64,000 nt of DNA, from the NCBI GenBank assembly GCA_964016885.1, contig OZ024747.1:71424001-71488000 (forward strand), given 5' to 3'. The DNA comes from Eledone cirrhosa. Lineage: Eukaryota. Numbering within the stretch: position 1 is the stretch's first letter; each line of letters starts with the position of its first letter. Shown piece by piece: positions 14,614 through 28,600 of this stretch. The notes under the pieces were generated by a model that was not told the DNA's origin, made no database searches, and saw only the letters and a program-made list of their open reading frames with translations. The position numbers and the translations under genes were made by a program.

Positions 14614-14870
14614 TTGAATTAGTATGGTATAGACAAGTACATATGTTGTTTAGGTGTATAATATTGTCAATACTCTGATATGTCCAGTTCCTTGTTGGGT
14701 TGTTAATTCACTGAGGAACTGGAGTCATATGAATTCAAACAAACGAATTTCAGTGTCAAAGGTCCTCTTCTCCTCTCATTGGTCAGTTATTAGAACATTC
14801 CTCATTCTAAGTGTTGTTATTGTTGGAGTTAGCTTAAAAATTGATAAAATGGTAGAAAGGACAAGGTGTT

Positions 14871-14920
<50 letters not shown>

Positions 14921-15621
14921 TTTATTTATTTATCTATTTATATCAATATATTTATATATATATATTTGTGTGTATCTGTGTTGTACAGTTTGGACAGCTC
15001 ACAAGTAGAAGATGAAATAGCTACCACCGAGAGCAAAATTTGGGTCACATAATTCGTTTAGGAGAATACGAATCTCCATGAGATTGGTTTCTGTAAATCT
15101 ACTTTTACTTTAAGCATTCGACTAATTACAGAAAAAAATATATTCTATCTTATGTTTGAGGGTCTATGAGGTTATGAATGTAATCAAAGACAATGGTAAA
15201 AAAGACGAAAAATATTTTCACTCGCTATACAACTTTCTTTCCTCTTTGTGGCGCTTGAAGTAAGAAAACAAAGACAAATGTGTATGCATCTTCTGGGTGT
15301 CTGTATAGATTAGAGAAATACAAACTGATGACATAAAAACAAACAAGAAACTGAAACAAAAAGAGAGAAATGTGAAGAAGTATTCCATACTATGAATTCT
15401 CGAAAGAAATTGTCATGAAAATCTCTGATTACAATAGTAACAGTCACAAGATATATCAATAGAAGTAGAAAACAATTACAAGCGCTATTTAATCGTTAAT
15501 ACAATTCATGTAAGAAGACCAAGCAAAACGAAAATATTTTTCTTGCTCTGTTAAAATGTGATTGCTTTGACGTGTTAAAAATGACGGAAAAATATGTTTT
15601 GAATCACAACTTATATATATG

Positions 15622-15734
<113 letters not shown>

Positions 15735-15749
15735 ATGTATGTATATATA

Positions 15750-18316
15750 GGTAGGCAAGTAGGTAGGTAGGTAGGTAGGTAGGTAGGTAGTAGGTAGGGA
15801 GGTAGGTAAGTAGGTAGGGAGGTAGGTAGGTAGGTAGGTAGGTAGGTAGGTAGGTAGGTAGGTGGGTAGGTAGGTAGGTAGGTAGGTAGGTAGGTGGGTA
15901 GGTAGGTAGGTAGGTAGGTAGGTAGGTAGGTAGGTGGGTAGGTAGGTAGGTAGGTAGGTAGGTAGGTAGGTAGGTAGGTAGGTAGGTAGGTAGGTAGGTA
16001 GGTAGGTAGGTAGGTAGGAAGGTAGGTAGGTAGGTAGGTAGGTAGGTAGGTAGGTAGGTAGGTGGGTAGGTAGGTAGGTAGGTAGGTGGGTAGGTAGGTA
16101 GGTAGGTAGGTAGGTAGGAAGGTAGGTAGGTAGGTAGGTAGGTAGGTAGGTAGGTAGGTGGGTGGGTAGGTAGGTAGGTAGGTAGGTAGGTAGGTAGGTA
16201 GGTGGGTAGGTAGGTAGGTAGGTAGGTAGGTAGGTAGGTAGGAAGGTAGGTAGGTAGGTAGGTAGGTAGGTAGGTAGGTAGGTAGGTGGGTAGGTAGGTA
16301 GGTAGGTAGGTAGGTAGGTAGGTAGGTGGGTAGGTAGGTAGGTAGGTAGGTAGGTAGGTGGGTAGGTAGGTAGGTAGGTAGGTAGGAAGGTAGGTAGGTA
16401 GGTAGGTAGGTAGGTAGGTAGGTAGGTAGGTAGGTAGGTAGGAAGGTAGGTAGGTAGGTAGGTAGGTAGGTAGGTAGGTAGGTAGGTGGGTAGGTAGGTA
16501 GGTAGGTAGGTAGGTAGGTGGGTAGGTAGGTAGGTAGGTAGGTAGGTAGGTAGGTAGGTAGGTAGGTAGGTGGGTAGGTAGGTAGGTAGGTGGGTAGGTA
16601 GGTAGGAAGGTAGGTAGGTAGGTAGGTAGGTAGGTAGGTAGGTAGGTAGGTAGGTAGGTAGGTAGGTAGGTAGGTAGGTAGGAAGGTGGGTAGGTAGGTA
16701 GGAAGGTAGGTAGGTAGGTAGGTAGGTAGGTAGGTAGGTAGGTAGGTAGGTAGGTAGGTAGGTGGGTAGGTAGGTAGGTAGGTAGGTAGGTAGGTAGGTG
16801 GGTAGGTAGGTAGGTAGGTAGGTAGGTAGGTAGGTGGGTAGGTAGGTAGGTAGGTAGGTAGATAGGTAGGTAGGTAGGTAGGTAGGAAGGTAGGTAGGTA
16901 GGTAGGTGGGTAGGTAGGTAGGAAGGTAGGTAGGTAGGTAGGTAGGTGGGTAGGTAGGTAGGTAGGTAGGTAGGTAGGTAGGTAGGTAGGTAGGTAGGTA
17001 GGTAGGTAGGTAGGTAGGTAGGAAGGTAGGTAGGTAGGTAGGTAGGTAGGTAGGTAGGTAGGTAGGTAGGTGGGTAGGTAGGTAGGTAGGTAGGTAGGTA
17101 GGTAGGTAGGTAGGTAGGTAGGTAGGTAGGTAGGTAGGTGGGTAGGTAGGTAGGAAGGTAGGTAGGTAGGTAGGTAGGTAGGTAGGAAGGTAGGTAGGTA
17201 GGTAGGTAGGTAGGTAGGTAGGTAGGTAGGTAGGTGGGTAGGTAGGTAGGTAGGTAGGTAGGTAGGTAGGTGGGTAGGTAGGTAGGTAGGTAGGTAGGTA
17301 GGTAGGTAGGTAGGTAGGTAGGTAGGTAGGTAGGTAGGTAGGTAGGTGGGTAGGTAGGTAGGAAGGTAGGTAGGTAGGTAGGAAGGTAGGTAGGTAGGTA
17401 GGTAGGTAGGTAGGTAGGTAGGTAGGAAGGTAGGTAGGTAGGAAGGTAGGTAGGTAGGTAGGTAGGTGGGTAGGTAGGTAGGTAGGTAGGTAGGTAGGTG
17501 GGTAGGTAGGTATGTAGGTAGGTAGGAAGGTAGGTAGGTAGGTAGGTAGTAGGTAGGTAGGTAGGTAGGTAGGTAGGAAGGTAGGTAGGTAGGTAGGTAG
17601 GTAGGTAGGTAGGTAGGTAGGTAGGTAGGTGGGTAGGTAGGTAGGTAGGTAGGTAGGTAGGTAGGTAGGTAGGTAGGAAGGTAGGTAGGTAGGAAGGTAG
17701 GTAGGTAGGTAGGTAGGTGGGTAGGAAGGTAGGTAGGTAGGTAGGTGGGTAGGTAGGTAGGTAGGTAGGTTGGAAGGTAGGTAGGTAGGTAGGTAAGTAC
17801 TGGTAGGTAGGTAGGTAGGAAGGTAGGTAGGTAGGTAGGTAGGTAGGTAGTAGGTAGGGAGGTAGGTAAGTAGGTAGGGAGGTAGGTAGGTAGGTAGGTA
17901 GGAAGGTAGGTAGGTAGGTAGGTAGGTAGGAAGGTAGGTAGGTAGGTAGGTAGGTAGATAGGTAGGTGGGTAGGTAGGTAGGTAGGTAGGTAGGTAGGTA
18001 GGTAGGTAGGTGGGTAGGTAGGTAGGTAGGTAGGAAGGTAGGTAGGTAGGTAGGTAGGTAGTAGGTAGGTAGGTAGGTAGGAAGGTAGGTAGGTAGGTAG
18101 GTAGGTAGTAGGTAGGGAGGTAGGTAAGTAGGTAGGGAGGTAGGTAGGTAGGTAGGAAGGTAGGTAGGTAGGTAGGTAGGTAGTAGGTAGGTAGGTAGGT
18201 AGGAAGGTAGGGAGGTAGGTAAGTAGGTAGGTAGGTAGGAAGGTCGGTAGGTAGGTAGGTAGGTAGTAGGTAGGGAGGTAGGTAAGTAGGTAGGTAGGTA
18301 GGAAGGTAGGTAGGTA
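15750..18316. repeat. ~2.5 kb (GGTA)n tetranucleotide array with GGAA/GGTG variant units
   Basis: direct reading. Confidence 0.97.
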
Positions 18317-18992
18317 TGTCATTATTTGTAGCAACCGGCTCTAGTCACAGTTATTTTCTGCATTTGAGATTCCAACATGTTCTCAGAATATGACCATGAC
18401 GATGATTTCAATTGAATGAAGGAGAACTAGTCTTGTAGAAGTCCTTTTAACAAACCACACACACACACACACACATAAGCCCGTTGTATTGTCCTACCTA
18501 ATACATTGAGTAGAATATATTCATATTGCAGTTCAGCGAAGCAACACGCTGAATAGCATGCAGTTCGACAATGACATGGCATGTATGAAACGTATTCAAC
18601 TTCCGCTCTTATTCCAAAAATTCTCATCCTGATGAGGGAATTGTAATTCTTCAAATATTGATAATTCAAATACTTAGATAATTAAGTTGTCTCTTGAATT
18701 CCAGAAGCCATAGTTGGAGAACTGTATGGCTAAAACTGCCTCTTTTTAGTCGGTGTAGCATATATATAGCGTTTAATATATTTAATTACTTCTCTGAGTA
18801 GATAATTTATTAATATATCTTATTCTTTCATAGAGATGTCTCACAAGACAAACCAGAAGAGAAACACAAACCCTCCATCTCAATTTTACTTTTGAAAATC
18901 ATAAGAACTGTGAAACAAGTAAAGTAAATAAATAAATATTCTTAAAAGACACCAGTTGCATTTTCAATTTCTTTTCCTTATATATATATAAA

Positions 18993-19028
<36 letters not shown>

Positions 19029-19108
19029 AAGTTTTTAGTTGCCATAACGACGTTTTGGCAAGTGCTTCATCTGACAGTATGTAATATAGGTAGTTGTATA
19101 TATATATA

Positions 19109-22100
19109 CCCACCTCAAAATTATTAAGGCCCCACAGGACACCTATAAAACTTTAAAAAACAATTTTAAAGAGGACGTGGGTCCCCCCTGCGTCGGGCCC
19201 ATTAACCGCGTCCTCCTAAAAAACTATCCCACCCCCTCCCCAAACACCCATACAACTCCAAGCTCCCCAACCACACAACACACTGATGCCCCCACACTTC
19301 CACAAACCACCACCCCACCCAACAACCCATCCCCCACCCTAATGGAAATTGTGCAGCCCGATACCCGGGACGCAGAGAGGTAAGTGCCTTTTCTCTTCAC
19401 CACCAACATGGCTATGCTAAGAGTAGGCTGTTTAAATGCGCGTGGCCTGGGCTCAACTTGGAAGCAAGCAATGTTTCTAAATGACCTCAGGTCACAACGT
19501 ATAGATGTGATGGTTATTTGCGAGGCCCGGATCAGCAACGTGCGACAGCTGGCCCCCACCTTTGATGACTTTGAGATGCACGCATCTCTCTGTCAGCCCG
19601 GAGGTGGGGGTGGAGTTGTCGTTCTGCTGCAAAAACATCTGGGTCTCGCAACACAGATTGTACATATGGACCCGGAGGGTCGACTAGTGGTTCTGGACCT
19701 TGGCAGTGGTAAAGGCGGAGCGTTTAGGTTGGTAGCCGCCTACGGCCCTTTCGGGTCAATGCGGCCGGACTTCTTCCATCGTCTGGAGACTTTTCTAGGG
19801 ACGTCCCGCTCCTTGCTATTAGTGGGGGACTGGAATGGTATCCTAGATGCACGCTGGGACTACGTAGGGGCCTGCCCCGATAGAGAGGGGTGTAATAGCC
19901 TCAAAGGGTTAATCGGTCGATTTGACCTGGCCGATAGATATCGACTAGATTTTCCGACTGCGCCAACCTGGACTTGGGCAAATCGTAGCGGATCATCTAG
20001 GTCGTACCTAGATAGGTTCTTAGTTAGAATTAAGGATAAGGACTTTTTAAGTTGTCCAAAAATGCGCATGGTTGGCTATTCAGACCACAAATTAGTGACC
20101 TGCATGGTCAACCTTGACAGAACTCATAGACAGGGCCCCGGTTACTGGAAGCTCAACTTGTCCTTGCCGGCAAGTAGAGCCTACAGGAATCGGATTAGTA
20201 CGTTAGTTAAGGAACGGTTGACTGGAGCGATCGTCAACAGCAGGTGGTGGGTATCTCTAAAGAGAGAGATTAGAGTAGTCTCGATAGAATTTAGTAAGGT
20301 TCTAGCTGCGGATAGGAATAGGAAGGAAAGGGAGCTAATAGATAGAGTAGAAGAGGTAATTAGAAGCGGCGACGTGGCCAGAGTGCTAGCGTCGAGAACG
20401 GCTTTGAGCCAGTTTTTCGACGCGAAGCACGAAGGCTGCGTTGTCCGAAGTAAAATACGTGCTCTAGGGAACGAGGGGACCAAAGCTGTTAGCTGGGCCC
20501 GCGTGACAGAGGCCAACAGTGGAACTAAATCCACCATCCGGTCTTTGCGAGACCTGGATGGACGGGCGATTCTTGAGCCTAAGCAGATGTGTGAGGCCTT
20601 TCAAAGGCACTTTGCCCGACTGTTCGGGAGGGGCGGGGAGCCGGTTGGGAACGTGGACTTCGGTCCATACCTCGACGGCCTGCCGCGCCTCTCGGACAGG
20701 GAGGCGAAGTCCTGCGAGGAACCGATTTCGGCCGCTGAGATAGAGGACGTGCTGAGCCAATGCGGCAAACGCAAATCCCCGGGTCTCGATGGTCTTCCTT
20801 ACGAATTATATCTAGCTATGCCGGACTTGTTCCCCGATCTCCTCGAGGCGGTCTACTGCAACTGGCAACAGAACGGGAGAATTCCCTGTACTGTGACAAC
20901 CTCCACCTCATGCGATACATCATAGAGAGGGTTGGGAACGAACCCGGCTTTGGTGGGGCTCTGATCAACTTGGATCAATCTAAGGCGTTCGATAGGGTCG
21001 ACCATGGTTACCTGGATGCGGTGCTAGCGGCGGCAGGCTTCGGACCCGTTTTCAGGGGCTGGATCACTGCTATGCACAGCAGCCGCATCTGCTCTAGGGT
21101 CAAGGTGAACGGCTACCTCTCGGAGCCGTTCAAAATCGCGCGGTCCATCCGACAAGGGTGCCCTCTCTCCTCCCTTCTGTATGTGTTGACTCTCGAGCCA
21201 CTACTGCGGAAGTTGGAGTTGTTGCAGGGCATCCCTTTGGAACCGGGATTGCGGAAAGCGGTGTCGGCCTACGCCGATGACGTGACAGTAATGGTGTCGA
21301 CGGCCTCCGAAATCGAGGCGGTCGGCACCTTACTGGAGGAGTACGAAAAGTTCACAGGGGCTAAGCTGAACCGGGACAAGTCGATCGGTTTGCAACTCGG
21401 CACGTGGAGGGGCAGACCGATGCCCTCCGATGGGGTCGTCGGACGCTGGACGGAGGGCCCGGTGAAGTTGCTCGGGGTCTGGTTCGGACCGGACCTCCAG
21501 GTGGAGAAAAACTGGGCGGAGGTTACGAACAGGGTGTTTGCACTGACCCAGAAGTGGGCCAGTTGCAAACTATCCCTGAAAGGTCGGGCGGAGGTGGCGA
21601 ACACCTACATAGCGTCCGTCATCTACTACCGCCTGACCGTAGTGCCCTGCCCAAGGGAAACCCTCACCAAGATGGAGCGCGCGCTCTTCCAATTCCTTTG
21701 GAAGAGGCGGGCTCCTATGGTGAGGAGATCCATCTGCTGTCAACACCCTTCGAAAGGAGGGCTGGGGATGCCGTGGCTAATGATGCGTAAACACGCATTA
21801 AGGCTACGGCACCTCTACGTATTCCTCACCGGACAACCGGTGTGGGCCTCGTTTGTGAGACGAACCTTTCCCAGACTCGTCTCACTCACCGAGCTGCAAT
21901 CCTGGGTCAAGCAAAGACCGAGAAAACTGGGCGCCTGGCACACTGAGTGTGCCCAGGCGCTCACCGCCCTCTGGCAGGCGGATCCGGTTATCAGTGGAGA
22001 CTCCACCGCAACATTCTATAGAGGGCTGGTACGCAGCAGGTGCGACGACGCCCTCGGAGAAGCCCTAGACATGGAGGAGGACGAACTGGCCAGCCTGTTC

Positions 22101-22914
22101 GGTAGGACATTCAGCCCGGGACCTATGGACAACTTCCAGAAGTCCCTGGCCTGGCAGTGCTACCGAGGGGCTTTACCCGTTCGAGAAAGGCTCTACAGAC
22201 ACGGGCGCCCGGGTAGGGACCCCGCCAAAAAGATCTGTCCCAGATGCGTGTGCGACGAGGAAACCGTTGCACACGCATTGGTACACTGCTCGGGCGCAGC
22301 CGATCTGTGGGGCTATGTCGAACAACTGCTGTCAAGGGTGGGACCGATCCGGTTGACCACCGAGTCTATTGTAATGATCAAGCCGCCTCCCCCCTTCAAA
22401 GATGAAGCAGAGGCGGTGTTTCTGTGCGTAATAGCCATGGCGAAAGAGGTTGTATGGTGGACGCGTCTGAAAGGACTGAGGTCAGGCACCTTTCTCTCTG
22501 GCCAACAACTGGTCCGTTTCTTCCGATATCATTTCGGAAGAAGGATCAGGATGGAGAGAGAGGTGCTGCACCCCAGCCGTTTCTATGAAAGATGGGTGAA
22601 AGTGGCGAGAATGGCCCGTGTGAATGGGCCTTCACTCTACATCAGACTATAGGTGAGGAAGATGAAAGACCAAGGGAGCACCCCTTCTCTGTGCTCCTGA
22701 GGAGAAGGGTTGCACACTTTTTTCGGGGGTGTGTGCGACCCCCCAAGGCGCCTCCTCTCTATTGAGGATTTTGTTGAAAATTTTATTTTTTGTGATATCT
22801 TATTTTATTTTTATATTTTGTTATTGCCTCCTCCTTATTGAGGACGCCTTTTTGTGTAAACTCCCCCCTTTGTACTTGTCCCACTTTTGATGCCCTAGTG
22901 GCAAATAAAAGAAA
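19109..22914 (+). mobile_element. Tx1-clade copy 2; 5'-truncated in ORF1, ORF2 frameshifted by an internal deletion
   Basis: ORF1 end (...PDTRDAER*), ORF2 APE motifs (CLNARGL, GDWN, SYLDRF, SDH), RT (QGCPLS, YADD), CCHC; flanked by (TA)n. Confidence 0.96.
19408..22652 (+). pseudogene. ORF2 (APE endonuclease-reverse transcriptase) disrupted at ~20897
   Basis: ORFs 19384-20925 and 20760-22652 align with intact ORF2 25625-29062 but lack ~193 nt including NFRPITLLN. Confidence 0.9.
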
Positions 22915-22967
<53 letters not shown>

Positions 22968-23294
22968 GTGTGTGTCTGTGTGTCTGTGTGTGAATGTGTT
23001 CGTACGCATATGTGGGGTCGGGTTGGATAGGGTTACATATATATTCAAGTAGCCATACATAAATAGTAACAAAGCAAAAAGAAACCTATTCAAACCTCAA
23101 TCACATGATATAAGTTATAGCAATTTTTTTCTCTATCAGATTTTTCACGAAACAAATTCCAAACGCACAGAATGTAAAAGTGGGGGCAAAAAGCCCATCA
23201 AAATAAGAAAATATCACAAGTAATCCTCTCAAAAGATTCTTTCGGAATAACAACTAAGTAGAGTATATTTCAAATGTGTGAGAAATTATGTGTT

Positions 23295-23435
23295 ATACAT
23301 ATATATATACATGTATGTGTGTGTTTGCATGTATGTATATATATATGTATATGTACATATATATATATTTATATATATATGTATATGTACATATATATAT
23401 ATATATATACATATATATACATATATATATATGTA

Positions 23436-23492
<57 letters not shown>

Positions 23493-23519
23493 GTATACAT
23501 ACACACATATATATATATG

Positions 23520-23551
<32 letters not shown>

Positions 23552-23562
23552 CATATATATAC

Positions 23563-23606
<44 letters not shown>

Positions 23607-23617
23607 GTATATGTACA

Positions 23618-23652
<35 letters not shown>

Positions 23653-23675
23653 GTATATATATATGTATATATATG

Positions 23676-23708
<33 letters not shown>

Positions 23709-23720
23709 GTGTGTGTATAC
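23295..23720. repeat. compound (TA)n/(TACA)n/(TATG)n tract
   Basis: direct reading. Confidence 0.9.
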
Positions 23721-23808
23721 ACGCGTATATGTTTACTTGTATGCATACAGTTATGCATTACGTAAATAAGTAAATGCTGCATATGTGTCTGTGTGTGTGC
23801 GTGTTTGC

Positions 23809-23848
<40 letters not shown>

Positions 23849-24396
23849 ATAAATACATACATAATATTATATATATATGTGTGTGTATGTACGTATGTTT
23901 CTATGCATCTATGTACATATATACATACGTATGTATACTAATTTCTAAACGTATACTGTTTATTTACAAATGTCTCTGTTATGTACACCTTTCATCGCTC
24001 GCAAAAGATATAGTAAAGAATAAAAACCAAAAATAAAAAACAAAAAAACACACAATATACGGTCCAAACAAAAGAGAAGGAAGAGAAGATGAGAGTGGTG
24101 AATGAGAACTGAGAGATAGAAATAGATTAAAGTAAAAAGAAGCAAGGTAAAAGCGAAATAAAAACGAATGGGGAGGGGGAAATAATTCCACAAAATTGTG
24201 ATCAGTTCTTTGATGCGATGTTTTCTCCAGACATTTTTTTCCTGCCATTTCCTGCCAACGACTGTCTCTTCGTTTTCTTCAACAACTCAACAAGCTAGAT
24301 ATTCAGTGTCACATATACATATAAAGATACATACACATATACACATACATACTTACATAAACACACACATATATACATATATATATATATATATTA

Positions 24397-24433
<37 letters not shown>

Positions 24434-25171
24434 AGAGATATTTATATATATACACAGTCACATATATATGCAAGTATTTATGTACATACATAGATACATA
24501 CATATATATGTATATTTATATTTATATACACACATACACATATATATATATATATGCATGTATGTATGTTTGTAAGTGTGTATGTATGTATGTATGTAAA
24601 TATGTATGTATGTATATATGTATATCATGTGTGCGTGCGCACACGTGTGAGAAGGCTAACAAAGTAATATAACGAGAATAAATTATCTGGAGGTACTGAG
24701 GAGAAAGAGTAAGAAAGGAAGGTTGACAGCGACGGATAGTTAGAAAGGCAAAGAGAGCGAGAGAGAGAGCGAGAGAGAGAGAGGGGGAGATGGAGAGAGA
24801 GAAGAGGGAGTGACAGAGAGGGGGTGAGACAGAGAAACGGAGACAGATACAAAAACTAAATATATAAAAAAAAAAAACAATCTTACAGCAGTTAGAAATT
24901 ATTATCGTTTTATATAATTAGATAGGTTTTGGGATTGAACTCGAAGTAGGGAGAATAATGTAATATTGTCGTTTTACGAGAAGGTTGCTTTCAGTTGTAA
25001 TAAAGAAGTATTTACAGACAAGTATGTTATATATGTGGGTGAAAAAATCAGGATTGTATATGTTGCATCAACATACACGCATATCTGCACACACATATGT
25101 ACACAGGCTCACACTTATGTATATATATTATATTATAAATTATAGAGATAGATAGATAGTTGATAGATAGA

Positions 25172-25360
25172 TTTCTTTATTTGCCACAGGGGCGTACAAA
25201 AATGGGTTTTATATAAAATCTTTAACAATAATAATGTATGACAATAAAATATATACAAAATAAAACAATCAAAGTACCCAATAGGGGGGAACGTTACTGC
25301 GGGGTTTTACACCCCGTGGATAGAACAACCCTCAACACCAAGAGCACGTTTTGTAGGTGT
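25172..25360 (-). mobile_element. Tx1-clade copy 4, short diverged 3'UTR fragment in the same (GATA)n array as copy 5
   Basis: tttctttatttgccacaggggc matches the 3' terminus of the other copies; (GATA)n on both sides. Confidence 0.75.
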
Positions 25361-25624
25361 AGATAGATAGATAGATAGATAGATAGATATAGATAGATAG
25401 ATAGATAGATTTCTTTATTTACCATAAAGGCATAAAAAGAAGGGACAAATACAAAGGGGGAGTTTACATATAATCGAGTAAAAAGGGTGTAACATGAAAA
25501 TAATCGAAAATAACCTCAAAAGGGAGGGGACGTGATGGGGGTTGCACACACCCCCGAAAAAGTGTGCAATCCTTTGCCCGGGGAGCACATGGAGAAGGTG
25601 CTCCCCTCTCCTTTACTTCTTTAC

Positions 25625-28600
25625 CTACAGGATGGTATACAGAGAAGGCCCATTTACACGAGCCATTCTCGCCACTATCACCCACCTTTCATAAAACTGC
25701 CTGTGGCCAAGCACCTCTCTCTCCATTCTTATCCTTCTTCCGAAGTGATATCGGAAGAAGTAGACCAGACTATGGCCAGAGAGGAAGTTGCCTGACCTCA
25801 GACCTTTCAATCGTGTCCACCAAACAACCTCTTTCAACATGGCTATTACGCACAGAAAAACCGCCTTTGCTTCCTTTGTGAAGAGGGGAGGCGGTTTGAT
25901 TGTCATCACGGACTCGGCGGTCAATTTAATCGGCGCCACCCGCGACAGCAGTTGTTCGGCGTAGCCCCACAGATCAGCCACGCCCGGACATTGCACCAAT
26001 GCGTGCGCCACGGTTTCTTCGTGACGCACGCATCTAGGGCAAATCTTTTTTGAGGGATCCCTGCCCGGGCGCCCGTGTCTGTAGAGCCTCTCTCGAACGG
26101 GTAGAGCCCCCCGGTAGCACTGCCAGGCCAGTGACTTCTGGAAGTTGTCCATTGGTCCTGGGCCGAAAGTCCTACCGAACAGGCTGGCCAGTTCGTCTTC
26201 CTCCATGTCCAGCGACTCTCCAAGGGTGTCATCGCCCCTGCTAGCCACCAGCCCTCTATAGAATGATGAGGTGGATTCTCCACCGATGGCCCGGCCCGCT
26301 TGCCAGAGAGCCCTGAGCGCCTGAGCACACTCAGTGTGCCAGTCTCCCAGTTTTCCGGATCTTTGCTTGACCCAGGACTGTAGCTCGGTGAGTGAGACGA
26401 GTCTCGGAAAGGCTCGTTTCACGAACGGAGCCCACACCGGTTGACCAGTGAGGAATACCTGTAGGTGCCGTAGCCTTAATGCGTGCCTACGCATCATCAA
26501 CCACGGCATCCCCAGCCCTCCTTTCGAAGGTTGTTGGCAGCAGATGGATCTTCTCACCATAGGAGGACGCTTCTTCCAAAGAAATTGGAAGAGCATGCGT
26601 TCCATGGTGGTGAGTGTTTCCTTAGGGCAAGGCACGACAGTCAGGCGGTAGTAAGTGACGGACGCTATGTAAATGTTCGCCACCTCCGCCCGGCCTTTTA
26701 GGGACAGCTTACACTTGGCCCATTTCTGGGTTAGTGCAAACACCTTGTTCGTAACCTCGTTCCAGTTCTTTTCCACCTGGAGGTCCGGTCCAAACCAGAC
26801 CCCAAGCAACTTTACCGGGCCCTCCGTCCAGTGTCCGACGACACCGTCAGGAGGCATCGGTTTGCCTCTCCACGTTCCGAGTTGCAGCCCGATGGATTTT
26901 TCCCGGTTCAGTTTCGCTCCTGACAACCTTTCGTACTCCTCCAGTAAGGTACCGATCGCCTCGATCTCCGAGTCGGTTGATACCATTACTGTTACGTCAT
27001 CGGCGTAGGCCGACACCGCTTTGCTCAATCCTGGTTCCAGGGGGATACCCTGCAACAACTCCAACTTCCTCAGTAAAGGCTCGAGAGTCAATACGTACAG
27101 AAGGGAGGAGAGAGGGCACCCCTGTCGAATGGATCGTGTGATTTCGAACGGCTTCGAAAGGTAGCCGTTCACCTTGATCCTAGAACAGATGTGGTTGCTA
27201 TGTAGGGCAGTGATCCAGCCTCTGAAAACAGGACCGAACCCAGCCGCCGCTAGCACCGCATCCAGGTAACCATGGTCGACCCTATCGAAGGCCTTAGACT
27301 GATCCAAGTTGATCAGGGCCCCACCGAAGCCGGGTTTGTTGCCAACCCTCTCTATGATGTATCGCATGAGGTGGAGGTTATCGTGAATGGACCTGGATGG
27401 GATAGCACATGTCTGCGCATCTCCCACCAGGCCACCCACGACAAGCGCCAACCTCTTTGCTAACACCTTGGCCAAAATCTTTAACTCTGTGTTTAGCAGG
27501 GTTATGGGCCGAAAATTATTTATACTATCCCCCTTGTTCTCGTCCTTCCTCACCAGCGTGACTACGCCCTTGGCTACAGAACAAGGAATTCTCCCGTTCT
27601 GCTGCCAATTGCAGTAGACCGCTTCGAGGAGTTCGGAGAAGAAGACCGGCATTGCTAAATAAAGTTCGTAAGGTATACCATCGAGACCTGGAGATTTGCG
27701 TCTGCTGCATTGGCTCAGCGCATCTCCGATCTCATCAGCCGAGATTGGTCCCTCGCAGGACTCTGCCTCTTTGTTCGAGAGACGCGGCAGGCCGTCGAGG
27801 TATGGACCGAAATCCACGCCCCGGCCCGGACCCTCGCCTCCCCCGAACAATCGGGCAAAGTGCTTTTGAAAGGCCTCGCACATCTGCTTAGGCTCCCGGA
27901 TCACTCGTCCATCTTCGTCTTGCAACGACCGGATGGTGGATCGATTTCCACTTTTAGCTTCTGTCACGCGGGCCCATCCAACGGCTTTGGCCCCCTCATT
28001 ACCTAGAGCACGTATTTTACTTCGAATGACGCAGCCTTCATGCTTTGCATCGAAAAACTGGTTCAAGGCCGTCCTCGATGCCAGCACTCTGGCCACATCT
28101 TCGCTCTTGATTGCCTCTTCTAATTTACCTGTTAATTCTTTCTCGTTTCTATTCCTATTGGCAGCTAACATCTTGCTATAACTTATTGATTCTGTTCTAA
28201 TCTCTCTTTTGAGAGATGCCCACCATCGGTTGTTGACGATTGCACCCGTCAACCTCTCCTTAACTAATCTGCTAATCCGGTTTCTGTAAGTCTCTTTTGC
28301 CGGTAAAGACAAATTAAGTTTCCAGTAACCGGGACCCTGTCTATGTGTTTTCTCGAGATTGACCACGCAGGTCACTAATTTGTGATCCGTGTAGCCAACC
28401 GTGCGCATTTCTGGACAGCTTAATATGTCCCTATCCTTACTTCTAACTAAGAATCTATCTAAGTACGATCTAGATTGACCACTGTGGTTTCTCCAAGTCC
28501 AGGTAGGCACAGTTGGAAAATCTAGTCGATATCTATCGACCAAGTTAAAACGGTCGAGTAACCCCTTGAGGCTGTTACACCCCCCTCTATTAGGACATGA

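Noticed and set aside
18620-18665. Hammerhead-like CTGATGA-GGGAATT-gt-AATTCTT-CAAA (similar decayed cores at ~19045 and ~50020)
   Set aside because: Catalytic core mutated; counted only as decayed relics, not called as ribozymes
18820-18925. Possible host exon (pyrimidine tract-TAG ... GTAAAG)
   Set aside because: Weak donor, no recognisable protein, no partner exons; the same applies to AG sites at ~4519 and ~62891
23274-24036. Many [12 protein letters not shown] ORFs here and at ~1054, 5590, 12636, 34367, 37156, 50843, 55416 and 56005
   Set aside because: Microsatellite translations
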